Shown here: piece by piece, positions 40,627 through 54,051 of the stretch
Layout: the number at the start of each line of letters is the position of its first letter
How positions within the stretch are numbered: the first letter of the stretch is position 1
Source of the DNA: Octopus bimaculoides
Taxonomy: Eukaryota
DNA length: 64,000 nucleotides
Direction of reading: 5' to 3'
Assembly: GCF_001194135.2 (NCBI RefSeq)
Contig: NC_068995.1
Location: forward strand, 168,704-232,703
The notes under the pieces: generated by a model
The model's input: only the letters and a program-made list of their open reading frames with translations
Told to the model about the DNA's origin: nothing
Database searches by the model: none
Made by a program: the position numbers and the translations under genes

Positions 40627-40736
40627 ATAATAGTATAGATTTAATCAAAAGATTAAATGTGGTACTTAAAATGTTTGAGGCACCAGAATTTGGTAGGATA
40701 AAAACCAAAAACAAAATCAAGAGATTTGGTGAATAA

Positions 40737-40811
40737 AATTTGAAGATAAGCAACAAAAATTCAATACGTACTGCTATAACCTATTGAATTTTTGTTGCTT
40801 ATCTTCAAATT
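40737..40811. repeat. Perfect 30-bp hairpin, 15-nt loop
   Basis: aatttgaagataagcaacaaaaattcaata - cgtactgctataacc - tattgaatttttgttgcttatcttcaaatt. Confidence 0.95.
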
Positions 40812-41643
40812 ATATATATATATATATACGTACCCACACATATGTATACATGTGTATGTGTGTGTTTAATTCTATGGTGTTTTTGAATGTTACATCTGCG
40901 CGGTTATATTTTAAAAAATGTTCCTTTATTCCCATTCATTTTAAAATCCTGTACATTTTATAAAAATTGAATTTGTAAAAGCAATTTAAAACTCCTTTTA
41001 ATAAAATGTGAGGCAAGTGTCTTCTTCTTAATCTAGTTCTTAATCTAATTCTTCTTAATCTAGTTCTTCTAGTTGTTTCCATTCATATACATGGCTGAAG
41101 TGGTATGTATGTATGTATGTATGTATGTATGTATGTATGTATGTATGTATATGTGTGTGTGATAAAATCACCTGTCATCTTTGCGTGCTATGACCCGATC
41201 CGTCTAAGTCTTCCATACAACACGCCCCGAAACGCATTAACCACGGGCCACCCAGTTAAATTCGCCAATAAAATAAAAGAAAAATGATTTTATGAGCAAA
41301 AGTGAATATAATCTAAAGAATTTTCTTTATACTTCTTTATTCATTTTATTGGAATTTTATTAGAATGTTTTTATTTGTTTAACTTGAAATACAAGTTATC
41401 ATATGACGAGATATTCGATTTGTTCACACGTTGACAAATTTACTTAGCATTTTGTGAAATATTTTACTGAAAAAATAAATATATTCATTCTGGCAACTTT
41501 TCTAGAAAGTGTAAAATTGAACTGAATTTTTAAAAGAATTGTCAAATGAAGAAGGATTTTGCTTAGTTTTCTTCTTTCACTAGGTTTGGTCTGAAGTCTT
41601 TTAAAGAGAATTTAGCTAAGATATTGCAATACTTCCTCAGGCA

Positions 41644-41815
41644 AGGCGGCGAACTGGCAGAAACGTTAGCACACCGAGTTCAAATTCCGCCGAGGTCGAT
41701 TTTGCCTTTCATCCTTTCGGGGTCAATAAATTAAGTACCAGTTGCGTACTGGGGTCGATCTAATCGACTAGCCCCCTCCCCAAAAATCTCGGACCTTGTG
41801 CCTAGAGTAAAAAAG
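41644..41815 (+). mobile_element. SINE family A, well conserved
   Basis: aggcggcgaactggcagaaacgttagcac..gagttcaaattccgccgaggtcgattttgcctttcatcctttcggggtc..ccttgtgcctagagta. Confidence 0.85.
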
Positions 41816-43161
41816 ATTTCCCTATGGGCTTTCTTTTCTAAATTTTCCTTATTTTTGATGAGAAATTTATTCTCTTTTTAAATTTGGATAATGGCAAGTT
41901 TAACCATTTTGTTTTTCAATAGGTTTCAGCTANNNNNNNNNNNNNNNNNNNNNNNNNNNNNNNNNNNNNNNNNNNNNNNNNNNNNNNNNNNNNNNNNNNN
42001 NNNNNNNNNNNNNNNNNNNNNNNNNNNNNNNNNNNNNNNNNNNNNNNNNNNNNNNNNNNNNNNNNNNNNNNNNNNNNNNNNNNNNNNNNNNNNNNNNNNN
42101 NNNNNNNNNNNNNNNNNNNNNNNNNNNNNNNNNNNNNNNNNNNNNNNNNNNNNNNNNNNNNNNNNNNNNNNNNNNNNNNNNNNNNNNNNNNNNNNNNNNN
42201 NNNNNNNNNNTGAACCAATTAGCTGCATCTTGCGTTCAAGTCTCACACGTTTCTTCTCTTCTCGTCATCCATACCACTTGCCCCTTATTAAACTTCGGAC
42301 AAACTACTTTCTCTCCCCAATCCTATTTTCCTTTTGAATTAATTCTCTACATATTACCTCCGCCCAGGCTCACGTTCTAATTCCTCCTCTCGCCACTCCT
42401 CATACTCTGTCACCCCTTCTTTACAAACATAACACCCAAAAAAAAAAACAATTCTTTCTCTTCAGATCGCCCCCCCCCCGCCACCTCCACCGCTAAAATC
42501 CTCGTCTGAGTCACATTGTGCCATAAAAACTTACCACATTATTCTCGCCGACTGAAACGACTTTAAAGACTTAGGGCGAATGACTTTTTTTCGGGTGATT
42601 AAACCAGAAAAAAAAATAGAATAGAAATTTAATAATGTTGCTAATTAAAGGAGACAACAATAGTTAAAAAGGGAACCTTTGCACGGTCGTTCGACTTGCT
42701 AGAAATAGCTACCAAATTTTCTCCAAATCCTATAAAGGAAGGGTGCACACAATAGTGTTATCTTAAGCATGTTTCAAAGAAGATCGGATGATCGTGACTG
42801 GGTCATCTCTGATCATCGATTAAATGGACTAGGACTGACATAGGATCAAACAACACAAAAGGAAGGATCTATTAGAAAATGTAGTCCTAGGCATACTTTT
42901 CCCTATCATAAATGACAGGATAGTTACAAATGTAACATCTTTGAGTAGAGATTTATTGGATTAGAACTGACTTGTGGCTAAGAATAACAAGAAAGAAGGC
43001 AACATTAGATAATGTAGTCCTAAATACACTATGCCTGATAAAAAAACTAGAAGAGATATCCACTGCTGGAACATCTTTGATCACACATCAGTTTTTTTTT
43101 GTTTGTTTTGTTTAAAGATGAAGTAAGAAACACGAACAACATAAAAGAACTCTGTGATTAC

Positions 43162-43217
43162 CTGATAAAATGTGGATCGGCTGAGCTCATTTTGTTGAGA
43201 AGATCTGTCAAGGAATT
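43162..43217 (-). CDS. MYO3: Myosin exon: NSLTDLLNKMSSADPHFI(R)
   Basis: Acceptor cctcttccatggcag|, donor |gtaatc, 56 nt, phase 0 to 2; conserved SLxxLLxKM...PHF(I/V)R. Confidence 0.95.
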
Positions 43218-43740
43218 CTGCCATGGAAGAGGACGATGGGCATGGAGGATTCGGGAAGAGGAGTCGCCGAAGAAGAAGAAGAAAAAGGAAAATAAAAAAA
43301 TAAAATAGAAAATAAAAATAATCAGTAAATAAAACATAAAAATATTAAAAAATGAATCAGTAAATAAATTTTATAAAAACAAAAATAAACGAAACAGTAA
43401 ACAAAAGAAAAATATTTATAAAATATTATTTCAAAAGTATTTAAGGAGGAGGAGGGGGGACAGGATGATAAAGGGCTTAGACACAGACTTAGGTCTTGTC
43501 ATGTGTCCCAGGACGACACAAAAGACGAACTTAACCCGGTTTCTATGGCATGTAAATGACTGAGATTACAAAACTCCCTCACACTGGATGGGACACCAGT
43601 CCCTCGCAGAGTTAATTTCCCCAGTTATTTCTGGAACTCATTTACAGCTGAATGGACTGGAGCAAAATATACATACATATATATATACATACATATACAT
43701 ATATATACATATATACATACAAATATATATATACATACAT

Positions 43741-43773
<33 letters not shown>

Positions 43774-44018
43774 GTATACACACACACACACACACACACA
43801 CACATATGTATGCAACACGTGTGTTTGAAAAATTAAAAAACGGAAGCGCTTACACTCACAGTATAAAAATTTCATTCCAAAAGGTTCTTGTTATCTAGTT
43901 CATGTAAGACTCCAAATAGTAAATAACTTTTAATGGTTTAGCTACAAACAGTGCGACTGTATCAAGTATTTTTAGCCTTTAGCAAAAGATTTGATTATAT
44001 ATATATGTATATATATAA

Positions 44019-44067
<49 letters not shown>

Positions 44068-44975
44068 TAAGAAGATAGATAGATGAGAAGATAGATAGAC
44101 AGGCTATACACAAGTTAACTTCCTTTGATACAATCAGTAATATTTTCCCATTACTGTTATTTTAACATTTAAAAAGGTGATTATGGCGCTGTATAAATGT
44201 AATTTCTCTAATTTCGTTATGTCTGTATGTTGTCGATATCCGTTTTAATTATGTAAAAGTATCTTTTAATTAGAAGGAATTGATTTTGAAGAAACAAAAC
44301 AATATCCCAGGAATACACCGATCAGTTAATACGAAAGAGTTACACGTTCAAAGAAATTACAAATAAGTTAAATATACTTTAATTAATTTTACTCTTTTAC
44401 TATTAAACGTTTATCAATAATCAGCCGTTTATTCACTCATTGTTCCTCAACGGATGTGTAATCTGACTGTTGAAGTTTACTTACGTGTAAAGGGAGATAA
44501 ACGTTAGCGTAACATTGCACTATATTTTTTTCCTGACCTGCTTTGGCGCATGCGCATTTATATTAATAATAATACGTGTCTAACTTATTGAACGGCACCA
44601 ATAATTTATCTGAGCAGGTCTCTTTTTCTAGAAAATTCTATCAAAATCTATAGGAAAAAAAAGAAACTTATGTTTAAATTATAATATTGTTTTTATTCGT
44701 TATTTTATTTGGGTATTAGATTAAGAAATAGAAACCAGTAATACACTAGGAACCGTAGAATAACCGTCTCTACCACTCACTAACCGTCCAAAAACCATTA
44801 GTTTTCTCCCTTCTATTATTTCTCTTATCCGAAATATCTAACCATTAGGAGCTGCGGTTTTAACCCGTTTCTTTGCTTCGTTATTTTAGTAAGCTCCGTG
44901 TTGTAAGAAATCTAACAAATGGATTTTCGTTTTCTTTTTAATAAACGATTTCAGAACAAAGCACACATACACACG

Positions 44976-45473
44976 GGTAATCTTCAAGTTTAGGGAGGTA
45001 AAAAAAGTAAATAAAAATACAAGGGAAATAATTTAACGTCTTACTAGTATTATCCGTACTACTTTGAAATGTGCTTTTTTTTTTAGCTGTTTCTAAATAA
45101 ATCACACACGTTTTTTTTTTCTAAAACAGCATGCGACGGAATTTTTTCTTATAAAAGTTTCAAATGTTTTTTCCTTTTCCAAAACGGAAACGAAATGGTT
45201 TGCAGAGTGAGGTTCAGCATGCAGTTCTAGAAATTCACCTACTCAACATTATAAACTTCAGAAATGGCAGCCAAAATATAAACGAATGTTTTTTCTTTTG
45301 GAGTTGAATTCCGCCGCTACTATGATATTCAATCACGTGTGTGATTTATTTATAAACAGCTAAAAAAAAAAAGAAAACACATTTCAGATTGTACGGATAA
45401 TACTAGTAAGACGTTAAGTTATTTCCCTTGTATTTTTATTTACTTTTTTACCTCTTTAAACTTGAAGATTACC
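44976..45473. mobile_element. MITE-like element with about 135 bp terminal inverted repeats
   Basis: Left end ggtaatcttcaagttt, right end aaacttgaagattacc; arms 44976-45110 and 45336-45473; flanks atacacac / atacacat may be an 8-bp TSD. Confidence 0.7.
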
Positions 45474-45494
45474 ATACACATGTATATATAATAC

Positions 45495-45655
45495 GATGGG
45501 CTTCCTTACAGTTTCTGTCTACCAAAATCACTCTCAAGGTATTGATCGACTCGGACCTATAGTGGGAAACACTTGGCACAGGTGCCGAATAGTGGGACTG
45601 AACCTGAAACCTTGTGGCTGCAAAGCGAGCTTCTTGACCCCACAGCCATGCCTAT
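45495..45655 (-). mobile_element. SINE family B, 5' half
   Basis: gggcttccttacagtttctgtctaccaaaatcact..acttggcacaggtgcc..gggactgaacc..agcttcttgacc. Confidence 0.65.
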
Positions 45656-46734
45656 TGTTTACTTTGCTTTATTTGTTTTATTTGTGCTGCTGCTGCTACT
45701 GCTGATGTTGTAGTTAGTGGAATAATTGAATCTTCTGCTGAAATACCACACTTAGAGGACGTCCGAGACATTTACGTTCTTAGTTCAGTTCTCGATGTTA
45801 TCAACTTTACGTTTTATTTTCTGGAATGAAATAAAATACCAGCAAAATATTGTGGTCGACTTAATCCTCTAGATCCCTAAATTTCAACACTTGTTCCTAT
45901 TTAAAGCAAACACTTTTCTTTGGCCCTGGAATCGTAACGCCGTTTACCAGATTTCCATGGCGTAGAAATAGCCGAGATATTAACATTCCTCTGAAAGGAA
46001 CGTTGGATCGTTGTATGGTCCAAGGGTAGCAATTATGAGAGAACGAGCCAAGCCGATGACATTGATCTCACCCTTTGACTGTTACTTAACTTTATCGAAC
46101 CCGAAAGAATGAATGGCAGATTCTTGACCCCCGTAGGAATAGAACCCAGAGCGTATTGAGCCGGAAGAAATACCGAAGGCATCTGATCCGACGGGATAAC
46201 TGTGCCGCCACTTCGTCGTCTTTCACCCTATTTTAGAAACTGTTGTGTAAAAATTAACCATTTAAGAACATTAGGAATAACACGTATTTCAAGACATACA
46301 AAAATTAATTTAGACTCTGTAAGCGTATAAATGATATTTTCAATCATTCGCAGATCAGCTGGATACTTCAGAGATGAAAGAGAAATTTTAACCTCCAATT
46401 GAAGTGCCTTCCCTGAATACATACAACCGAGTGAAGTCCAGTAATACTGCCCAAGGGCCAGGCTGCGATGTTAAACAAGACGACAGATTAAGTTTAATAC
46501 TATAAGGATATGATAAATTGAGTGTTGTGGGGGACGCTGTGCTTGTCCTAAGATTTTCCATTGCTTACAACTGTCTCAAGTTAAAACATTTGATTTAAGT
46601 AAATTGAATACATTTGAAAGTGGTTGTAGTTAGAGATAATTGTATATTATATAAAAGTTTGTATTTATTGTTTGTTTATATTATGTTGTGCTGTCCATTT
46701 GTAAAGCTCAGAGCTCACAGGGCCGAAACAAATA

Positions 46735-46885
46735 CAACGAGGTATTTATTTTATCGACTCCCGCCATCCCCGAGAAAAGGGGGGAACATCAATGTTATGG
46801 CGGCCGAGATTTGAACTCAGAGAGTGAGAAATTGGAACCAATAGTGTGAGGTACCTCGTCCGATGCTCACACAATTCCGCCAGGT
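46735..46885 (-). mobile_element. SINE family A (degenerate)
   Basis: ggtatttattttatcgactcc..ggcggccgagatttgaactcaga..caattccgcca. Confidence 0.6.
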
Positions 46886-48497
46886 GGCTGCTTTGGATTA
46901 GTTCCTGTAACATCGCCAAGACTACTACAGTAATCACAGTCACCAGGTGGCGATGGATCGAGTCTGCCTCCCAGGATTTGATTGACAGGATTTGAGCTCA
47001 GTAAACAAAGAGACTCGAACAAAAATGGCGACGTATTTAATGTTCCTCTCAAACAACTCTGCTAATTATCTCCCTTTCTAACACCATTTATTGAATTCGA
47101 ACTTGATCTTTTGTTTGTTCTTACAACAACGTTGTTTGTCTTTTTCTACTTGATACAAGTCACTTGGGACCGAAATATCGTGAGAAAAAGAAACGGAAGA
47201 AAAGGAAAGGCATACAACTCACTACATCACATCACCAGATACTTATAAATGAAACTATGCGAGATGAATTACAATATTCTCAGGGCAATGGGAATTAACT
47301 TCTTTATTTTCACATAAAATTTATTTTATGAAGAAAACAAAAATAAGAGGAAAGAAAAAGAGAAAATGTTTTCTGCCAATCTTTCAATACCTTCAACCTA
47401 CTACTACTAGCAGTAGTAGTAGTAGTTTTATTAAGGAAGGAAGGGAAAATTGTTTCAATCTGTCCTGGTGACAGACTATGCATGATATTTTAAATCAATA
47501 AAAAGTTTTCAGGTTTTTAATTCATTTCTTCTATTTCGGCTTCTTTAACCAAGTCACAAAAGAATACACACACGCACCATTCATTGATGCCTTTATCTAT
47601 CTATCTATCTATCTATTTGATCTCTCTCCCTTTCCCTCCCCCTCTCTCTCTAGCTATCTGTCTGCCTGTCTATTTCACCTCCCTCTCTTTATTTGTTTGT
47701 CTGTCTGTATTTTATCTCTCTCCCACTCCCTTTCTCTCTATATATATATCTATTTGTATGTCTGTCTCTCTGTCCATATTTGAATATATCTCTGAATCAC
47801 TCCTCTATTGCCTGACTCAGAGAGAGGACATTGAAACGGAAACAGTTGCATCAAGTTACATCATGACTTTGGCAACGCTGCAAAATTTATTTTAAATTTT
47901 ATATCTATTGCATCTTATTCCGTTGTGTCCCGATCGCTGAGGTAGTTTTAGCAAAGTTGTTTCAATACTCAGGTCGCAGAAAGTAAATATAAAATGAATT
48001 TTACAGTTTTGCGGTCCTTTTCAGAGTTTTCAATTTACTTGCTATATTAATAGCTTCATCTACATCAAGCTAAAAATGTGCTTTCCTGGACTTCTCCGAA
48101 CCCTTCTTTTGTCCTTTCAGATGAAGAGCTCGAAGCGTAAAAAACCCATTCTTTTTTCCACTTTTTTTGAGCGCCAACCTAATACACTCCATACATACGT
48201 CATTTTGCTGCTTGTTTTTTCTAATGTTCGATTTCACTATATAAATAAATATATATATGTGTGTGTGTGTATATAACGTACACGTACACACACGATTTTA
48301 ATGCATTATAAATTGCGTATATGTCTGCACCAATATGCATTATATGCATTATACAATTGATTTGTGAATATTTCATTGTATTTTATAATGCGTGACATAC
48401 TAATTGGTGCAATCCTGTAAACACTTTATTATGCACAGCAATTAATATTTCCTGAAGAAGGCTGCGAGACGGGCATAATATATTTATAAACCATAAA

Positions 48498-48835
48498 ATG
48501 CCAGGAGGTTTGAGATTTGAATATATTGAACCGTTTGGCATCGTTAGGATTACGGTCGTTTGTGACAGACCATGCCTTTCTTTTTCTGGGTTTAAATCTC
48601 ACTTGCGGACCGATGAAAAACCAACCTCCACTAACTACTCTGCCTATCTGTCTGTGCATACCTTTCAATGCCGTGTATGCCATAAGGTCTGCAAATCTAA
48701 AAGAGGCCTCAAAAGATATTTTAAGATCCACAAAGATCAGATCTTAACTGCAGCTCTTGGTGGTCCAAATCAGATATGCAATCTATGTGGGTGTTTTTCA
48801 ATACAATGCCTGGTTTAAAAAACCAGACAATGTGT
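48498..48835 (+). mobile_element. Degenerate C2H2 zinc-finger cluster; likely the C-terminus of an RTE-type LINE or a decayed ZNF fragment
   Basis: VCDRPCLSFSGFKSHLRTD, FQCRVCHKVCKSKRGLKRYFKIH, ICNLCG..; ligand His/Cys residues partly lost and the third finger frameshifted. Confidence 0.5.
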
Positions 48836-49669
48836 GATGGATCTAAGGAATAAGTACAAGAGGTGGTCAAATTCTGCATAAGGAGGAGACAACCCCTACA
48901 TATATATATGTGTGTGTGTGTAGAAATGCACATATGGCCACTGGAAAGCTATAGATGAATTGGTTACAGCGGTGGTTTGCTGCTATAGATTTGCAAGGGG
49001 CGGCTACGGGGATTAATTCCGGTCTTGGCGAGGTCAGCTAAGGGGATAAAGACAGAACCCGTAATCTGTGGATAAAGACAGAACCCGTAATCTTCAAAGA
49101 CCTCCAAAAACATAATTGATGATGCGTCTCAGAGTTTCTATGAAATGTTTCTTGGAACAACATACATACAGACATAAATATATAAATACACATATATACA
49201 TACATACACACGCACGCTCGCACGCACCTTCCTACACACACACACAGCTATTGATCTCCAGTTTTCCCATTTTATGTAGACAAACATGATCCTTATTGAA
49301 ATCAAATTTGATTTTGTTGAGCACTATTAGTGAGGAATATCTTGTGTTTAGACGAATTTTTAATGCGTTTATTACGAAATCCTAATCCTACGTAGTTATT
49401 ATCTGCAGCCACTCTTACACACGCACTCGAGCAGAGAGAGGAATGTACGTGCAACCATGTGCACGCATATGAGTATAAACCAGATGAAAGGGTCGCTCCG
49501 AAGATTTCCATCTGAGAGAATTCTAGAATGGAACATTTTAATGGTTTCCGTAAAATCGATTCAGTAAGAAATGTAGAGGGTACTTTGTTCCTTTGTAATA
49601 GGTACTCGTGCTTACAACACTAGACTTATACACGTTCGTCTATCTATCTATCTATCTATAGCTCTCTCT

Positions 49670-49703
<34 letters not shown>

Positions 49704-49898
49704 CACACACACACTCGCACACACACTTTCTTAAAAGCTGCAAAGACATCACAAAAACTGTTACTCAGAGTTTCACGTCCCCGTTCGTCGGGAAGTTTTG
49801 GTTTTGTCTTTGCAGCTTTATTAATAAAGCGTATTACTCTACCTCCGGTATTCGAGTACTATTTTCCCACCTTATTTCACATTTATGAGCTTACTCTG

Positions 49899-49934
<36 letters not shown>

Positions 49935-49954
49935 CANNNNNNNNNNTTACTCTG

Positions 49955-49990
<36 letters not shown>

Positions 49991-50140
49991 CACACACACA
50001 CACACGTGCGTGTATAACTTAATGAAGTACACACACACACACATATTCACATATATAATACACACATATACATGTATGTACAAGAAGGAAGAAAGAAAGC
50101 AATTGATTAGATTCCAAAAAAATATTTATGAGCAACTTAC

Positions 50141-50198
50141 CCTAAAATATTGTCCAACTGTTGTTTGGTTTCTTTCACCGGTTTTCTCTCCCGAATTT
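50141..50198 (-). CDS. MYO3: Myosin exon (end of loop 2): NSGEKTGERNQTTVGQYFR
   Basis: Acceptor ttttctaacag|, donor |gtaagt, 58 nt, phase 2 to 0; TVxxYFR motif that precedes SLxDLL. Confidence 0.92.
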
Positions 50199-51111
50199 CT
50201 GTTAGAAAATTTATATATGTGTATATATATATATATATCGATGTATATGTGTGTATATATATATATATCGATGTATATGTGTGTATACGCGTGCGTATTT
50301 ATATGTAAGTGGAAATTATATATAATTTGTATATATATATATGATTTGTATAGATAATATATATATAACTTGTTATGTATGTATAAAAACAAAGATATAT
50401 ATACACACTCAAAAGAAGAACAAAGTAAAAATGAATGATAGTATCGTCGGTAGAATCCAAGGGATTATCTTAATATTGTAATCTCCATTACGGGGTAATC
50501 CATAGATATGGCTTTGTTATATTCTTCACATCCATTTTGGCAGACAGTGTTTCTGATGTTGTTCCTTTAAACAAAAATATATACATTCCTCACACGCATT
50601 GATATTCATGCATGTGTGTATGTATGTATGTGTGCATGTATGTGTGTGTATATTTATCTATTATATGTATAATTATTTGTGTATAAATATATATATTTAT
50701 ACTTATATATTTATGCTTGTATATAGACTGAGGTACCTGGGTTTCAAATCCCAGCGTCTCTCGAAAGCTTCACCTTTTTTGGCACCTGTGTCACGGATGG
50801 TGTTTACACACAACTGTTTGATCTTTGACTATGTGTTTAATGACATAGTAATGATTAGTCGTTGGGATTGTTGCTGTTGTAGTATGATTGTGGTGGTAGA
50901 AATGAGGGTGGTGATGGTGGTGCTGGGTGAAGGTGGTGGTGGTGGTAGTAATGATTTCGAGGTGGTAATGGTAGTAATTATTCCGGTTGTGGGAGTGGTA
51001 GTAGTGATTAGGACGATAGTAGCAGTAGCAGTAGTGGTGGTGGTGGTGGTGTCAGGTTTTCCACGGAGTGCAGAAATACTGGTGGTGTTGGTGTTAGTAG
51101 GACACGTGTAG

Positions 51112-51197
<86 letters not shown>

Positions 51198-51399
51198 ATA
51201 TTTGAAATTTATTTATACAGAGCATAGCTAAGCATTATCTGAATATATGTTTATAAATGCATATGGATGTATGTATACAACACACACACACACACACACA
51301 CATCAGTTGATGCACTTAAGTTAGACATAGCCTGGGCCAATCTTTGGCCGAAACATATCAAAGTTAAGTTATTGTTTGTGTGTGTGTGTGTGTGTGTGT

Positions 51400-51785
51400 C
51401 CTTTATCTTTTACTTGTTTCAGTCATTTGCGGCCATGCTGGAACACCGCCTTGAATGTATTTTTAGCCGAATGAATCGACCCCAATACTTATTTTTAAAG
51501 CCTGGTACTTATTCTATCGATATATTTTGCCGAACTACTAGATAGGGGGACATAAACTCACGAAAACTGGTTGTAAAGCGGTGATGAGGGGGGACAAAAC
51601 CGGATACAAAGAAACACGCACACATATATATATAAGCCTGTCATATATATATATATATATATAGACAGGCTTCTTTCAGTTTCCACCTACCAAATCTACT
51701 AACAAGGCTTTGATCGGGTCGAGACTATAGTAGAAGGCACTTGCCCAAGGTGCCACGCAGTGAGACTGAACCCGGAACAATGTGG
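51400..51785 (-). mobile_element. SINE family B, near full length
   Basis: cttttacttgtttcagtcatttgcggccatgctggaacaccgcc..aggcttctttcagtttcc..ctatagtagaaggcacttgcccaaggtgccacgcagtgagactgaacccgg. Confidence 0.8.
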
Positions 51786-51995
51786 TTATATGTATATATG
51801 TATATCCGTCTATAAATCTATATATCATCTATATTATACATATACACTTTTATATACATATGTATGTATATACATACATATGTATATATATACATATGTA
51901 TATATATACATATGTATATATATACATATACATATATGCTTACATTATATTTATGTATGTGTATGCATGTGTATATGATAGTCAAATGTCTATAA

Positions 51996-52070
<75 letters not shown>

Positions 52071-52073
<3 letters not shown>

Positions 52074-52642
52074 GAGGGTGAATCAAAAAGTATTGCCATT
52101 TTGTTTAGGACAGGTATAATCACCAACACAGGAACATGTATCATACATCAAAATGAAGCTGGTCCTCTGTGGATCACATCCCTACTTCTCAACACAGTCA
52201 CCGTTTCTCTCAATAGCAATGTTCCACCTTCGAATGAGAGCATGTATCCCTGCCCCGTAAAATTCTGTTGACTGTTCTTTGAGCCACTTCTTCACTACAG
52301 TTTTCTCTTCCTCATCACTGGAATAATTTAGCGCCTTCAGACTATCATCCCTTCGGTCCCATGAAAAAGGGTTTGAGAGGCAAATATTATTCCAGTGACA
52401 AGGAAGTGAAAACTGTAGTGAAGAAGTGGCTCAAAGGACAGTCAACAGAATTTTACAAGGCAGGGATTCATGCTCTCATTTGAAGGTGGAACATTGCTAT
52501 TGAGAGAAACGGTGACTGTGTTGAGAAGTAGGGATGGGATCCACAGAGGACCAGCTTCATTTCGATGTATGATACATGTTCCTGTGTTGGTAATTATACC
52601 TGTCCGAAACAAAATGGCATTATTTTTTGACTCACCCTCGTA
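52071..52642. mobile_element. Palindromic mariner-derived non-autonomous element (two 3' ends in inverted orientation)
   Basis: Ends tacgagggtg...caccctcgta with TA at both ends; about 260 bp inverted arms. The centre plus right arm encode LAPSDYHPFGPMKKGLRGKYYSSDKEVKTVVKKWLK..EFYKAGIHALI*RW..IERNGDCVEK*, the mariner transposase C-terminus. Confidence 0.88.
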
Positions 52643-53018
52643 TATGCACATATATGTATATACATATATATGCATATATGTCGATGTATGTACGCAATGT
52701 AGATAGATAGATAGACTCTGAGTGAGAAAGGTGGAATGCAACAGATCACATGTCTAATAGTAAAGTCGTCATCACCAGTATCACTACAATTATCATAATC
52801 ATTACCATCATTATTAATTAAATTCATTAATGCACCTGATCACATTACAGACTTTTTTTATTCAATAGTAGTAGTAGTAGTAGAAGTAGTAGTAAGATTG
52901 ATGAAACCAAAGTCGAGCGACCTAGGACTAAACAGGAGCAACAAACACCATGAACAACAATAATAATAATAAAACAGCTACGAAAATCCACCATGCTTAA
53001 TGTTAATGAGGATTCTTG

Positions 53019-53055
<37 letters not shown>

Positions 53056-53232
53056 CGCGCGTGCATGTTTCTGAGAAAACATGTGTATGTGAGGGGTGTG
53101 TAGAAAAATCACACAAGAAAATTAAATAAAAGCAAAGGTGAAACTAAAACAAAAGATAAAAACAAAGAAAAAAAGTAGGTGGTGTGAGGGAAGGTGTGGG
53201 GAGAGGAGGAGAGAATGGTAAAGAGATGGATT

Positions 53233-53269
<37 letters not shown>

Positions 53270-53486
53270 TGAATGAGAAAATGATGGTGACAAAAAATAG
53301 AAATAATGGTAGATCGATTGATCGATCTACTTTATTGAGAGGAGTAGGAAGAGGTTGGTAAGATGACATGAAATAAGAAGGGGTGAGTGAGAAAGAAAAA
53401 TGTTGAGAGAGAGAGAGAAAGGGAGAGAAGAGAGAGAGTGTGTGTTGTTTGAATGTATAAGAGAGCGTGAGTGAAAGGAAGATTGT

Positions 53487-53517
<31 letters not shown>

Positions 53518-53751
53518 AAAAAGAGAGATAAAGAAAGGAAGAGAGGGAAAGGCAGAGAGACAGGGTAAGAATAAGAATAACATAAGTTAAAGTTTGTGAT
53601 AACGAGAAAGGAAAGTTAAGAGAGAGAGAGAAAGAGAGTGAGTGAGAATGATGTGTATATAAAAGAAAGCGAAAGAGTCGGAGAGAAAGAAAAATTGTTG
53701 GTTTAAGAGTTGGAATGAGAAGGGAAAGAGAGAGAGAGGGGGGTGAGGAGA

Positions 53752-53786
<35 letters not shown>

Positions 53787-53949
53787 TATATAGATAGACA
53801 GACAGATATAGTATGAGTCAATAAATGTGTAGGAAGGAGAAAATATTTCAGGGAAGGAAGAACGGGAGAGAAAGAGATTGGGGAAGAGAGAAAGGGAGAG
53901 AGAGAAGGAGGGAAGAGAGAGAGAGAGAGAGAGAAAGAGTGGGGAAAGT

Positions 53950-54051
<102 letters not shown>

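Noticed and set aside
44485-44537. Strong donor gtaagt with a nearby AG as a possible exon
   Set aside because: The phase-compatible frames have stops, and no myosin-like peptide results.
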